From Bacteroidia bacterium (GTDB taxonomy: Bacteria; Bacteroidota; Bacteroidia; M30B66), in NCBI GenBank assembly GCA_965279035.1, contig OZ257142.1, positions 3,936,001 through 4,000,000 of the forward strand: a stretch of DNA of 64,000 nucleotides, given 5' to 3'. Under the pieces are notes generated by a model. The model was not told the origin of the DNA. It saw only the letters and a program-made list of their open reading frames with translations, and made no database searches. The translations under genes and the position numbers were made by a program. Positions 10,729-18,914 of the stretch are shown here, one piece after another (positions within the stretch are counted from its first letter, which is position 1; each line of letters begins with the position of its first letter).

Positions 10729-11181
10729 ATGAGAGTTGTTGTCCAGCGTGTATCGAGCGCTTCCGTCAGCATTGACGATTCCGTTTACAGTAAAATCCGA
10801 CAGGGATTAGTATTGCTTGTTGGGATTGAAGAAACAGATGCAGTAGAAGATTTAGTTTGGCTAGCAGCTAAGATTGTGAACATGCGCATTTTTAGCGACG
10901 ACAAAGGGCTGATGAATAAAAGCGTAGCCGATATTTTTGGGGAAATTTTAGTGATTAGCCAATTTACCTTGTATGGTAGCACTAAAAAAGGAAATCGACC
11001 TTCGTTTATTCGCGCTGCTCGTCCAGAATATGCAACCAAATTGTATGAGATGTTTTGTGCTCAATTGAGTCAGGAATTAAGTCGACCGGTAAAGACCGGA
11101 GTATTTGGAGCTGATATGCAGGTTTCCTTGATAAATGATGGTCCTGTAACTATTTTGATTGATAGTAAGCACCGAGAATAA
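10729..11181 (+). CDS. dtd: D-aminoacyl-tRNA deacylase
   Basis: [34 protein letters not shown]. Confidence 0.95.
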   Translation: MRVVVQRVSSASVSIDDSVYSKIRQGLVLLVGIEETDAVEDLVWLAAKIVNMRIFSDDKGLMNKSVADIFGEILVISQFTLYGSTKKGNRPSFIRAARPEYATKLYEMFCAQLSQELSRPVKTGVFGADMQVSLINDGPVTILIDSKHRE

Positions 11182-11228
11182 GTAAATGTGAGAAGATTTT
11201 TCTACTTTCATGCCGAAATCCCTGACCC

Positions 11229-12929
11229 ATGAAAAGAAAAATACTCTTTATTCTCAGTGCCATGATATGCATGGCTGTTGCATTTTGGCCATCTCAATCT
11301 GCACATTCTAATGGAAGTGGCGCTGCTGCTGGTTATACTGGTTCACCCAATGAATTTTCTGGTAGAACCTGTTCGGCTGGAGGAAGCTGTCATAGTGGTG
11401 GAACTACAGCACAAACTGGCTGGGTAACATCTACAGTTCCTGCTTGTGGCTATACTCCCGGACAAACCTATTCCGTTACTGTTTTTGTAACATCACCAGG
11501 AAGAACCAAATTTGGATTCAGTGCATCACCACAAAAACCGAATGCTACTCTTGCCGGAACTCTCATCGCTGGAACTGGTATGCAAATAAACGGAAGTGGA
11601 AAATACATCACCCACACCAGCGCAGGAACAACTCAAACTGGTACCAATAGCAGAACATGGACATTTCAGTGGACTGCTCCAGCTTCCGGAACTGGAACTA
11701 TCACTTTTTACGCAGCCATGAATGCAACCAATAGTAGTAATACAAGTGCTGGTGATATGATTTATAGTTCAAACTTGGTCATACCTGAAGCACCTGCTAC
11801 ATTGGCGATTTCTAATAGTGGATCAACAACATATTGTCAATCAAGTCCAGTAACATTAAGTTCCAACATCTCAGGTGGCAACGATTGGAAATTGGATGGA
11901 GTTTCTGTTGGGTCTCAAAATTCGGTAGTTGCAAGTGGAAGTGGAACGTATCTTCTAACAAATACGACAGGTGCTTGTGTTCAAACAGCGAGTGTAGTTC
12001 TCACTTCGGTAGCAAGTGCTCCGGTTGTTTCGGATATTGTTGTTGGATCTCAAGGCTCAACACTTTGCGAAGGACAAAGCACTACATTAACTGCAACTGG
12101 CTCGGGTGTAACATGGCAACCAGGCGGACAATCCACCAACAGCATTACTGTTAGTTCAGCAAATACTTATACATATTCGTTAACGAATGTATGCGGAACA
12201 AGTACATCCAACCCGGTAAGTGTTATTGTAAATCCTTTGCCATCAACACCTGTGATAACTACAGATGGTGATGTAACACAAGCATGTGAAGGACAAACAA
12301 TCGGACTCAATGCCTCAAATATTTCGGGAATAGAACAAGCTACTTGGCAACCTGGAGCTTTGACTGGTAACTCGATTCAAGCAAGCCAAACGGGAACTTA
12401 TTCTGTAGTATACTCTAATGGATGTGGCAATTCATCGAGTGTTTCGGTAGATCTTCAATTCAATCCAATTCCCCAAACACCTTCAATTTTTGTCAATGTA
12501 GATTTAGATCTCGAAGCAACCATTGATGGTTCTTCGTATGAATGGTATTTAAATGGAACATTGATCGATGGGGTAATTGATCAAGTTTTAACACCAACTG
12601 GACCAGGACTCTATTCGGTAAAGGTTATTTCAGGGGATGGTTGTAATAGCGCTATATCGGCTGAATTTGAAGTTCTTGCTTTAGGAATTGCTCATAATAA
12701 ATCAACTGATGGTATTCGTTGCTTTCCAAACCCAAGTGCTGGAATTGTTCAAATTTCTGTTTCAGGAAATCAACATGGGGCTCACTTTCAGCTTTTCGAT
12801 TGTACAGGAAAACTCGTAAAAAGCTTTGTATGCAGGAACAATAGCTCTCAAACAATTGACTTAAATAGTCCATCAGGACTGTATTTTCTACGAAGTGAAA
12901 ACTGGAGTTCTACTTTAGTAATTGAATAA
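11229..12929 (+). CDS. Secreted Reeler-like (choice-of-anchor V type) protein with Ig-like repeats and T9SS CTD
   Basis: Signal peptide; GYTGSP...C...CH; GYTPGQTY; ITHT; WTFQWTAP...GTITFY; Ig-like C.G...L repeats; FPNPS...GLYFL CTD. Confidence 0.75.
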   Translation: MKRKILFILSAMICMAVAFWPSQSAHSNGSGAAAGYTGSPNEFSGRTCSAGGSCHSGGTTAQTGWVTSTVPACGYTPGQTYSVTVFVTSPGRTKFGFSASPQKPNATLAGTLIAGTGMQINGSGKYITHTSAGTTQTGTNSRTWTFQWTAPASGTGTITFYAAMNATNSSNTSAGDMIYSSNLVIPEAPATLAISNSGSTTYCQSSPVTLSSNISGGNDWKLDGVSVGSQNSVVASGSGTYLLTNTTGACVQTASVVLTSVASAPVVSDIVVGSQGSTLCEGQSTTLTATGSGVTWQPGGQSTNSITVSSANTYTYSLTNVCGTSTSNPVSVIVNPLPSTPVITTDGDVTQACEGQTIGLNASNISGIEQATWQPGALTGNSIQASQTGTYSVVYSNGCGNSSSVSVDLQFNPIPQTPSIFVNVDLDLEATIDGSSYEWYLNGTLIDGVIDQVLTPTGPGLYSVKVISGDGCNSAISAEFEVLALGIAHNKSTDGIRCFPNPSAGIVQISVSGNQHGAHFQLFDCTGKLVKSFVCRNNSSQTIDLNSPSGLYFLRSENWSSTLVIE

Positions 12930-12966
12930 AAATTCTTGATTACTTAAAAATCAATTCATCAATGAA

Positions 12967-12997
12967 GATGCTGCCCCCAAAAAGGGCGGCATTTTTT
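12967..12997 (+). terminator. Intrinsic terminator
   Basis: GATGCTGCCC-CCAAAAA-GGGCGGCATT followed by a T-run. Confidence 0.75.
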
Positions 12998-13105
12998 ATG
13001 AAATACTATTTTCGTTGATATTTTCGATTAGTAAATTATTACATATTCATAGTACTGGTCATTTGTTTATCATTTTGACATAATTATAAAATATTTACTG
13101 AATTA

Positions 13106-13137
13106 TTTGCATCGTATCCTTCTCGTTTCTATGTTTG
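13106..13137 (+). promoter_or_regulatory. Consensus Bacteroidota sigma-A promoter driving the tRNA-like RNA
   Basis: TTTG at 13106-13109 and TATGTTTG at 13130-13137, separated by 20 nt. Confidence 0.7.
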
Positions 13138-13156
13138 CAGTAATAAGTTCTTTTAT

Positions 13157-13308
13157 TGTAGGGTGTTGAAACGGCAGACAAACCCTCTTGTCTCGAGGGT
13201 GAGGAATTACAGGATAAACGATGTTTAATGGGTTGACCACTCCCTTCTGCTTGCAGAAGTTGAACATTGGCTAACTGCCTCGTGGAGGTTCGAATCCTTC
13301 TCCTACAG
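13157..13308 (+). ncRNA. tRNA-like RNA (GUC anticodon loop) with an 84-nt structured insertion at the variable arm
   Basis: Acceptor TGTAGGG/TCCTACA plus G73; D-arm TTG-AAACGGCAGA-CAA; anticodon arm CCCTC-TTGTCTC-GAGGG; T-arm GGAGG-TTCGAAT-CCTTC; variable region 13200-13283; no encoded CCA. Confidence 0.8.
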
Positions 13309-13325
13309 CGAATCCCCTAATACCC

Positions 13326-13366
13326 AGCCCCCGACGTTTGTGATGGTTCGTCGGGGGTTATTTTTT
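13326..13366 (+). terminator. Intrinsic terminator downstream of the tRNA-like RNA (also faces the convergent peptidase gene)
   Basis: AGCCCCCGACG...CGTCGGGGGTT stem followed by ATTTTTT. Confidence 0.75.
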
Positions 13367-13369
13367 GCC

Positions 13370-14740
13370 CTATTCTGAATATTTATCTAATAGATAAAGC
13401 AAGGCTGCAATCGAAGCAGCACCTAATTCTAGTTCACGTTTGTTCACTTTGTCGAACGTATCGGAAGCTGCATGGTGAATATCAAAATAGCGTTGTGAAT
13501 CGGGAATGTATCCAAGACAAATAGTCCCTTGTTTTTTCAATGGTCCAATATCAGAACCACCGCCACCTTTTTTGAAATCGTGCAAACCATAAAGCTCTAA
13601 AAGGCTTTTGTAAGCAGCTATTTTGGCAACAATAAGTGGATCATCACTGTCAACTGCAAATCCTCTCGGAGTAAATCCACCTCTATCGGATTCTATCGCG
13701 TATAGATGTTTCTCTTTTAAAGAATCGGCTAAGGCTGCGTATCGTTTTCCTCCACGAAGACCATTTTCTTCATTCATAAAAAGTACAGCTCGTAGATTAT
13801 GTCGAGGTTGATAGCCTATTTGGTGTAAAATGCGCAGAGCTTCATAACTCTGAACACATCCAGCTCCATCGTCATGCGCTCCTTGCCCATTGTCCCAAGC
13901 ATCGAGGTGACCACCGCTAATGAGATAAGAAGCATTCGGAAGCGAACCTTTCAATTCTCCAATGACGTTATGAGAAATCGTATCAGGTAACATTTGAGCA
14001 TTGCTAATTAATTCTACTCGTAATGCTGGATTCTTCTTGAGTGCATTGCTTAACCAGCTTGCGTCAACCGTACTTATTGCTAATGCTGGAATTTTAGGAT
14101 ACAAGCTGTCATAACCCATTGCTCCTGTATGAGGAAATTCATCTTCCCGTAAGGAAACACTTCGTACTAATGTTGCTACAGCACCATATTTTGCCGCTTT
14201 AGACGGTCCTGCCCATCGTTGATCTACACAACCACCATACGCTTCGAATGTATGGATGTGTCGAGGTTCCATAGGACGAGAGAAAAAGACAATTTTTCCT
14301 TTAATACCCGCTTCACCGAGTTGATCAAGTTCTTCGAATTTTTTAACTTCAACCACAGTGGCATTTGCCTTCCCTCCTACACTACCGCCCAAAGCACAAG
14401 AATTCAAATTTTTAGGGGCTGCTCCTTTTTGTTTGATAGTAACTGTACTAGCTGTACCTCGAACCCAATGAGGAACCATCATTTTTTGCAAAAATGCAGC
14501 ATCGAATTGCTCTTCTTTCATCACACTAAGCATATAATCAACAGCTTGAGCTGCACCTGGAGAACCACTTAAACGAGATGGAACTTTCGTACACAAATGT
14601 TCAAGTACTTCATAGCATTTGCTTCCAGTTAGAGCCTGATCAAAGATCTTTCGAATAAAGAGGGAATCTTCCTGATTCTGAGCGATTGCTGAAGTAGATA
14701 GAAAAAGTAAAATGAGCAGATAAAAGCGAGGAATAATCAT
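13370..14740 (-). CDS. M28 family metallopeptidase (carboxypeptidase Q-like) with PA domain
   Basis: Signal peptide; GGHLDAWD, GAHDDGAG, NEENGL, ESD, YFDIHH zinc ligands. Confidence 0.88.
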   Translation of the reverse strand: MIIPRFYLLILLFLSTSAIAQNQEDSLFIRKIFDQALTGSKCYEVLEHLCTKVPSRLSGSPGAAQAVDYMLSVMKEEQFDAAFLQKMMVPHWVRGTASTVTIKQKGAAPKNLNSCALGGSVGGKANATVVEVKKFEELDQLGEAGIKGKIVFFSRPMEPRHIHTFEAYGGCVDQRWAGPSKAAKYGAVATLVRSVSLREDEFPHTGAMGYDSLYPKIPALAISTVDASWLSNALKKNPALRVELISNAQMLPDTISHNVIGELKGSLPNASYLISGGHLDAWDNGQGAHDDGAGCVQSYEALRILHQIGYQPRHNLRAVLFMNEENGLRGGKRYAALADSLKEKHLYAIESDRGGFTPRGFAVDSDDPLIVAKIAAYKSLLELYGLHDFKKGGGGSDIGPLKKQGTICLGYIPDSQRYFDIHHAASDTFDKVNKRELELGAASIAALLYLLDKYSE

Positions 14741-14754
14741 AGGACTAAAGGACA

Positions 14755-14789
14755 AAAAAAAATCCGGAAGAGGATGTCTTTCGGATTTG
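14755..14789 (-). terminator. Intrinsic terminator of the small 14808 gene
   Basis: A-run then AATCCGGAAGA-GGATG-TCTTTCGGATT hairpin. Confidence 0.6.
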
Positions 14790-14807
14790 AAAAGAAGTTG
14801 AATGGAT

Positions 14808-15077
14808 TTATTCGAAACTTAATTGAATATCACCACTTGAATTAACTTGTTGTATTGGAGAATCTGTTCGCTTTCCAAGGATATTACGACGCATATCAGC
14901 CAGCTTTTGCATTTGAATCTTATCAGGATTTACGAGAGGAAAATCTTCCATCATAAATTGATGAACTAACTCATCTGCCTGAACATCTGTGGCATTCATC
15001 TGTGCATCGAATCGACGAAAAACCTCATTCAAACGTTCTAATTCGATTTGTTGATCCTGTGTAAGTGACATGGGCAT
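14808..15077 (-). CDS. Small hypothetical protein ending in a QLSF motif
   Basis: ORF with ATG at 15077 or 15071, a TAAATTTG -7 element (15136-15143, minus strand) and a terminator; helical body, C-terminus DIQLSFE. Confidence 0.65.
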   Translation of the reverse strand: MPMSLTQDQQIELERLNEVFRRFDAQMNATDVQADELVHQFMMEDFPLVNPDKIQMQKLADMRRNILGKRTDSPIQQVNSSGDIQLSFE

Positions 15078-15249
15078 TGTTTTAAGTTGCCTGAAAATGA
15101 AACTATTAAACAAAGAATTCTGTGTTTAACTAAAACAAATTTAATAGGACTTTTAGAATCTGGCAATAGTTAAGAATTCAGTTATTAACAATTTATACTG
15201 ATTATCATGACAATAGCCTCAAAGAACTAATTTACCAAACATTTTTTTT

Positions 15250-16008
15250 ATGGAAACAATACACACAGAGATTCGAAATTCCATTGCTATTATTCGCTTA
15301 AATCGTGGAAAAGCCAATGCCATTAATGCAACAATGGCCAATGAACTTTTAGACACTTTGCTCGAGATGAAAGCCAATGAGCAAGTTCGCGGAGTATTAT
15401 TAACTGGACATGGCGAATTTTTTTCGGCAGGATTGGATGTGATTGAGCTCTATCATTACAACGAAAGTGAAATCATTGATTTTTGGAAAGTGTTTGATCG
15501 ACTCATACGTCGCTTGGTTTCATTTCCAAAACCGTTGGTAGCTGCCATTACTGGGCATTGTCCGGCTGGTGGATGTATTTTAGCCTTAGGTTGTGATTAC
15601 CGGGTGATGGCCGAAGGAAAATACCGGATCGGTTTGAATGAAATCCCTTTGGGAATTGTAGTTCCTGAAACGATTTATCATTTATACAGTTTTGTTTTAG
15701 GTCGTGGAAGAGCGTATCAAAGCTTATTAGAAGGAAAACTTCATACTCCTGAAGAAGCACGATCTATACAATTGGTTAATGAAATTTGTCCGCTAGAAGA
15801 TGTGGAAACTCAAGGCTTGAAGCAGCTTGAAAAATATCTTCAACTAAGCACTGCCGTTTGGGCACAGAGCAAATTGAATTTCCGAAATGCCATTCTACAA
15901 AAACTGACATCCGATTTTAAGACTTCATTTGAGCCAACACTCAAACAATGGTGGGCACCCGAAACACGCGCTATTTTAGGGAAGATGATTGAAGGATTGA
16001 AAAAATGA
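15250..16008 (+). CDS. Enoyl-CoA hydratase/isomerase (Delta3,Delta2-isomerase-like)
   Basis: FFSAGLD, PKPLVAAITGHCPAGGC, IGLNE crotonase motifs. Confidence 0.9.
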   Translation: METIHTEIRNSIAIIRLNRGKANAINATMANELLDTLLEMKANEQVRGVLLTGHGEFFSAGLDVIELYHYNESEIIDFWKVFDRLIRRLVSFPKPLVAAITGHCPAGGCILALGCDYRVMAEGKYRIGLNEIPLGIVVPETIYHLYSFVLGRGRAYQSLLEGKLHTPEEARSIQLVNEICPLEDVETQGLKQLEKYLQLSTAVWAQSKLNFRNAILQKLTSDFKTSFEPTLKQWWAPETRAILGKMIEGLKK

Positions 16009-16063
16009 TGTGCTGGTGTGTTGATGTGCTGGTGTGCTAATTTGGAAATGTGCTCATGTGCTG
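16007..16063. repeat. Degenerate octamer tandem repeat (RRTGTGCT)
   Basis: GATGTGCT GGTGTGTT GATGTGCT GGTGTGCT AATTTGGA AATGTGCT CATGTGCT; similar tracts at about 9762-9790, 35681-35735 and 53757-53775. Confidence 0.7.
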
Positions 16064-16071
16064 GTTATCTC

Positions 16072-16180
16072 GATAGTTATCGTGAGATGTGCTCCCTTCG
16101 ACAAGCTCAGGGAGCGTGAATGATATCGTTCGATGAACTTATCAGCTTGGCTGATGCTGCGCACTGAGCTTGTCGAAGCG
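16072..16180. repeat. CTTCGACAAGCTCAG-family element, copy 2 (inverted relative to copy 1)
   Basis: Reverse complement aligns to 9654-9756 with a few substitutions and one short indel. Confidence 0.85.
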
Positions 16181-16261
16181 TGCTGATAAAACCGATAAGA
16201 TGAACTAGTGCGAAGGCTTTTGCTTGATTGACTGTTGAAGCGGTTGGATTATAGCTTCTTT

Positions 16262-16768
16262 TTAAGATTTTGCTTTTTTCACATATTGAAAAGCCTTAGC
16301 AGTAAAAAAAAGCAAGGCATGAAACATCCAACGATCTTTCTCTTTTGATTGCTTATCCTGTATTGTAAGGCTTACACTTTTTAAGGTTCGAACGATTTGA
16401 TAGGATATGATTTCTTGACCGTATTGCTGAACCAGCCAAGTTTGATGAGGACGCATTTTCCAAGTTAACTCGAAAGTGCCTTTGCCGCAGAATATTTGAC
16501 GGCTCGATTTCCAAAAGCTGCCTCCTTTCACTTCTAAAAGTAGCTGACCGACTTCATCTCTTAATTGCATATTCATGCCTGAAAAGCCCTTGCGACGAAG
16601 TGTGTAGGTTTTTCCCAGATGACTTACTTGAGCTTGTGTGAACCAAGTGTTGAGTTGTAAGTCAATTAATTTTTCTTGGTTGATATACAAACTATACAAG
16701 TGCTTTCCGGTCATTTCCCATCGTGTTGGGGAAACTGTTTCAGAGATAGGTCTATTAAAGTGAATCAT
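16262..16768 (-). CDS. Hypothetical protein (beta-rich, scramblase/tubby-like pattern)
   Basis: 168-aa ORF overlapping the upstream gene; YTLRRKGF motif and terminal hydrophobic helix. Confidence 0.6.
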   Translation of the reverse strand: MIHFNRPISETVSPTRWEMTGKHLYSLYINQEKLIDLQLNTWFTQAQVSHLGKTYTLRRKGFSGMNMQLRDEVGQLLLEVKGGSFWKSSRQIFCGKGTFELTWKMRPHQTWLVQQYGQEIISYQIVRTLKSVSLTIQDKQSKEKDRWMFHALLFFTAKAFQYVKKAKS

Positions 16769-17267
16769 ATTCAGATCCTAATCGGGTGATGGATTGAAGA
16801 CGTAAATCGTTGTAAAGGCTTGTATAATCGGCTTGAATATCCTCATGTAATTTGGAGATGTTTGTTGACGCTTTTTTCAAACACCGAAACATGATTCTAG
16901 ATAAAGCAGCAGTCCGAAATTCACGTCGGTAGTTCGTGTGATAGTACTCAACTAATGCAAGTAAAAGTTCACATTCACCCTGACGTGAACCAGTAAAACG
17001 GAGGTATTTGGAAATGAGTCGAAGGGATTTTCGAATGCTTTTAGTGAAGGAATAGGCATTTACGAAAGGTGTTTCGAAAGGAAGAAGAATATCTGCTTTA
17101 AAATCTTGAGCGTAAAGCAAAGGATCACTTGCCGACCAAAGCAGGTAATCGAGTAGTTCTTTGTTTTCGGTTTTATGCTTGGCAATACGCAAACACAGCC
17201 GGACCAATTCGGGTTGTGGTAAACTTTCTAGTTCACGCTTCAGTTCCGGTAGCTTGGCTTTTATCAT
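16755..17267 (-). CDS. Conserved hypothetical helical protein
   Basis: Likely start MIKAKLPELKRELE...LCLRIAKHKTENKELLDYLL; the longer upstream extension would overlap the Arc-family gene. Confidence 0.7.
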   Translation of the reverse strand: MIKAKLPELKRELESLPQPELVRLCLRIAKHKTENKELLDYLLWSASDPLLYAQDFKADILLPFETPFVNAYSFTKSIRKSLRLISKYLRFTGSRQGECELLLALVEYYHTNYRREFRTAALSRIMFRCLKKASTNISKLHEDIQADYTSLYNDLRLQSITRLGSEYDSL

Positions 17268-17433
17268 CAGAAATTTCGGTAGGTTTACGTAAACGTTTTG
17301 CTTTAACAAGAGCATCGCGGATAATCCATTCCAATTGCCCATTGGTACTGCGAAATTCATCAGCAGCCCATTTCTCCACATCGCGGAGCATGTCTTCGTC
17401 GAGACGGAGGACAAATGGTTTTTTCTTAGCCAT
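17233..17433 (-). CDS. Arc/ribbon-helix-helix DNA-binding protein
   Basis: MAKKKPFVLRLD...VEKWAADEFRSTNGQLEWII, an RHH pattern typically found after SPFH genes. Confidence 0.85.
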   Translation of the reverse strand: MAKKKPFVLRLDEDMLRDVEKWAADEFRSTNGQLEWIIRDALVKAKRLRKPTEISDDKSQATGTEA

Positions 17434-17923
17434 GAGCTGGTTTAGGAATGTTTAGGTCGTATAAAAACGCTTCTACCGATTCACGCTGTTTGGTTCCTAT
17501 TAGAACTTTTTGACCGTTTTTCAGATAGAACTGAATGCCGATGTTGCCATCCACATTATACGCTCTGTTTTTGGAAGTCCAACCTTTAATTCCCCATCCT
17601 CCATATTCGAACAATGCTTTGTATTTGCGCACTTCGGCCGATTCAATTTCATCCCATTGTATTTCTTTAAATTTCATTTGAAAAGGAAACCAGCGAAATC
17701 GAATTCGAGTTGCATCTATATCTGTATCAAGTCGAGCAAGAATTAGCAAAAGGAGAAATATACCTTCAAAAAAGGCAACGAAAATTATAGAGTACAATCT
17801 ATCTACAACAGGCTCTCCTGCTGATGACAATAGGATAATCACAATCGAAATGATCATCACTAATACTGCCACCCAAGCGATTGGATTACTTCGTAAATAT
17901 TGACGTTCTTGAAAATGAGGCAT
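17426..17923 (-). CDS. Membrane protein with bacterial PH-like domain
   Basis: F.ERQ N-terminus, two TM helices, FRWFPF...I.W.EI, EYGGWGI, GI...KNG.KVLIGT. Confidence 0.75.
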   Translation of the reverse strand: MPHFQERQYLRSNPIAWVAVLVMIISIVIILLSSAGEPVVDRLYSIIFVAFFEGIFLLLLILARLDTDIDATRIRFRWFPFQMKFKEIQWDEIESAEVRKYKALFEYGGWGIKGWTSKNRAYNVDGNIGIQFYLKNGQKVLIGTKQRESVEAFLYDLNIPKPAHG

Positions 17924-17928
17924 GGGGA

Positions 17929-18030
17929 ACGATGTTCGATGTACGATATACGATTTACGAAATGGTGTCGATCGTAAGTCTGATAGTTTGGCTGCTGGAG
18001 GCAGGCGAAGCGGTCGTATATCGTAAATCG
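17929..18030. repeat. Inverted heptamer (ACGATDT) tandem repeats
   Basis: ACGATGT TCGATGT ACGATAT ACGATTT ACGAAAT ... TCGTATA TCGTAAA TCG (inverted). Confidence 0.7.
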
Positions 18031-18034
18031 GGTT

Positions 18035-18886
18035 TTAATGATTCAACGTACCAGTATTTACGACTGGTGAAACAGCACGATCGGAGCAGAGTACAACGAG
18101 GAGATTACTTACCATGGCGGCTTTGCGTTCGTCGTCGAGTTCTACAATTTGCCGTTTTGATAAATGTTCCAATGCCAATTCAACCATACCGACGGCACCT
18201 TCTACAATACGTGTACGAGCTGCAACAATGGCTGTTGCTTGCTGACGCTGTAACATAGCTCCGGCAATTTCTTGTGAATAGGCTAAGTTGCTAATACGCG
18301 CTTCGATAACAGAGATGCCCGCCATGTGCAGTCGCTCGGTGAGTTCGCGTTCAAGTTGGTGGTTAATTTCGTCACCACCCGAACGAAGTGAGATTTCTTT
18401 GTGATCATCATCGAAACTATCATAGGGATAAATTCCAGCTAGTTTTCGGATAGCTGATTCGCTTTGGATTTTCACAAAGAGCTCGTAATTATCGACTTCG
18501 AAAGCAGCTTTGAATGTGTCTTCAACTCGCCATACCAACACAATCCCAATCATGATCGGATTACCCAGCTTATCGTTGACTTTGATTGGTTGACTTTCGT
18601 TGTTTCGTGCACGAAGTGATATTTTACGTTTTACATAAAATGGATTCATCCAAAAAAATCCATTTTCTTTTAATGTGCCTTTGTATGATCCAAACAAAAC
18701 AGCAACAACCGATTCGTTCGGGTTGACAGTTGATAATCCAATTAAGGTTAAAAGTGCTGCTACAAAAGCAAAAGGAGCAATAACATACATCTGAGCTACG
18801 ATACTCCAAACACCAACTGCAATGAGCACAAGTGCAAGAATGAGAGCGAAGCCTCCTGAATTTGGTGAAATAGATTTTTCTTTCAT
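18035..18886 (-). CDS. SPFH/Band 7 domain protein
   Basis: Two N-terminal TMs; KVNDKLGNPI.IG; IQSESAIR; ISNLAYSQEIAGAMLQRQQA; AAMVSNLLVVLC. Confidence 0.92.
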   Translation of the reverse strand: MKEKSISPNSGGFALILALVLIAVGVWSIVAQMYVIAPFAFVAALLTLIGLSTVNPNESVVAVLFGSYKGTLKENGFFWMNPFYVKRKISLRARNNESQPIKVNDKLGNPIMIGIVLVWRVEDTFKAAFEVDNYELFVKIQSESAIRKLAGIYPYDSFDDDHKEISLRSGGDEINHQLERELTERLHMAGISVIEARISNLAYSQEIAGAMLQRQQATAIVAARTRIVEGAVGMVELALEHLSKRQIVELDDERKAAMVSNLLVVLCSDRAVSPVVNTGTLNH

Positions 18887-18914
18887 TGATATTAATTTGA
18901 TATCACAAAGGTAT
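18887..18914 (-). promoter_or_regulatory. -7 promoter overlapped by GATAYC/TGATATCA repeats (putative RHH operator)
   Basis: Minus strand reads ATGATACCTTTGTGATATCAAATTAATATCA-ATG; it contains TACCTTTG. Confidence 0.55.

Noticed and set aside
13157-13308. Ordinary tRNA-Asp, tRNA-Sec, tmRNA or group I intron-containing tRNA
   Set aside because: The 84-nt variable region and U37 exclude a normal tRNA-Asp. There is no UCA anticodon. There is no G3:U70 Ala stem or tag ORF, and the anticodon arm is present. The insert is too short for a group I intron and is not in the anticodon loop.
13157-13308. YrlA-type Y RNA, or functional link to the HEPN toxin at 32 kb
   Set aside because: No Ro60/TROVE or rtcB gene lies in the window and the topology is not permuted as in YrlA; the toxin is 19 kb away. 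Neither link can be supported from this sequence.
17268-17414. N-terminal extension of ORF 16755..17414
   Set aside because: It overlaps the Arc-family gene in another frame; the plausible protein begins at ATG 17267.
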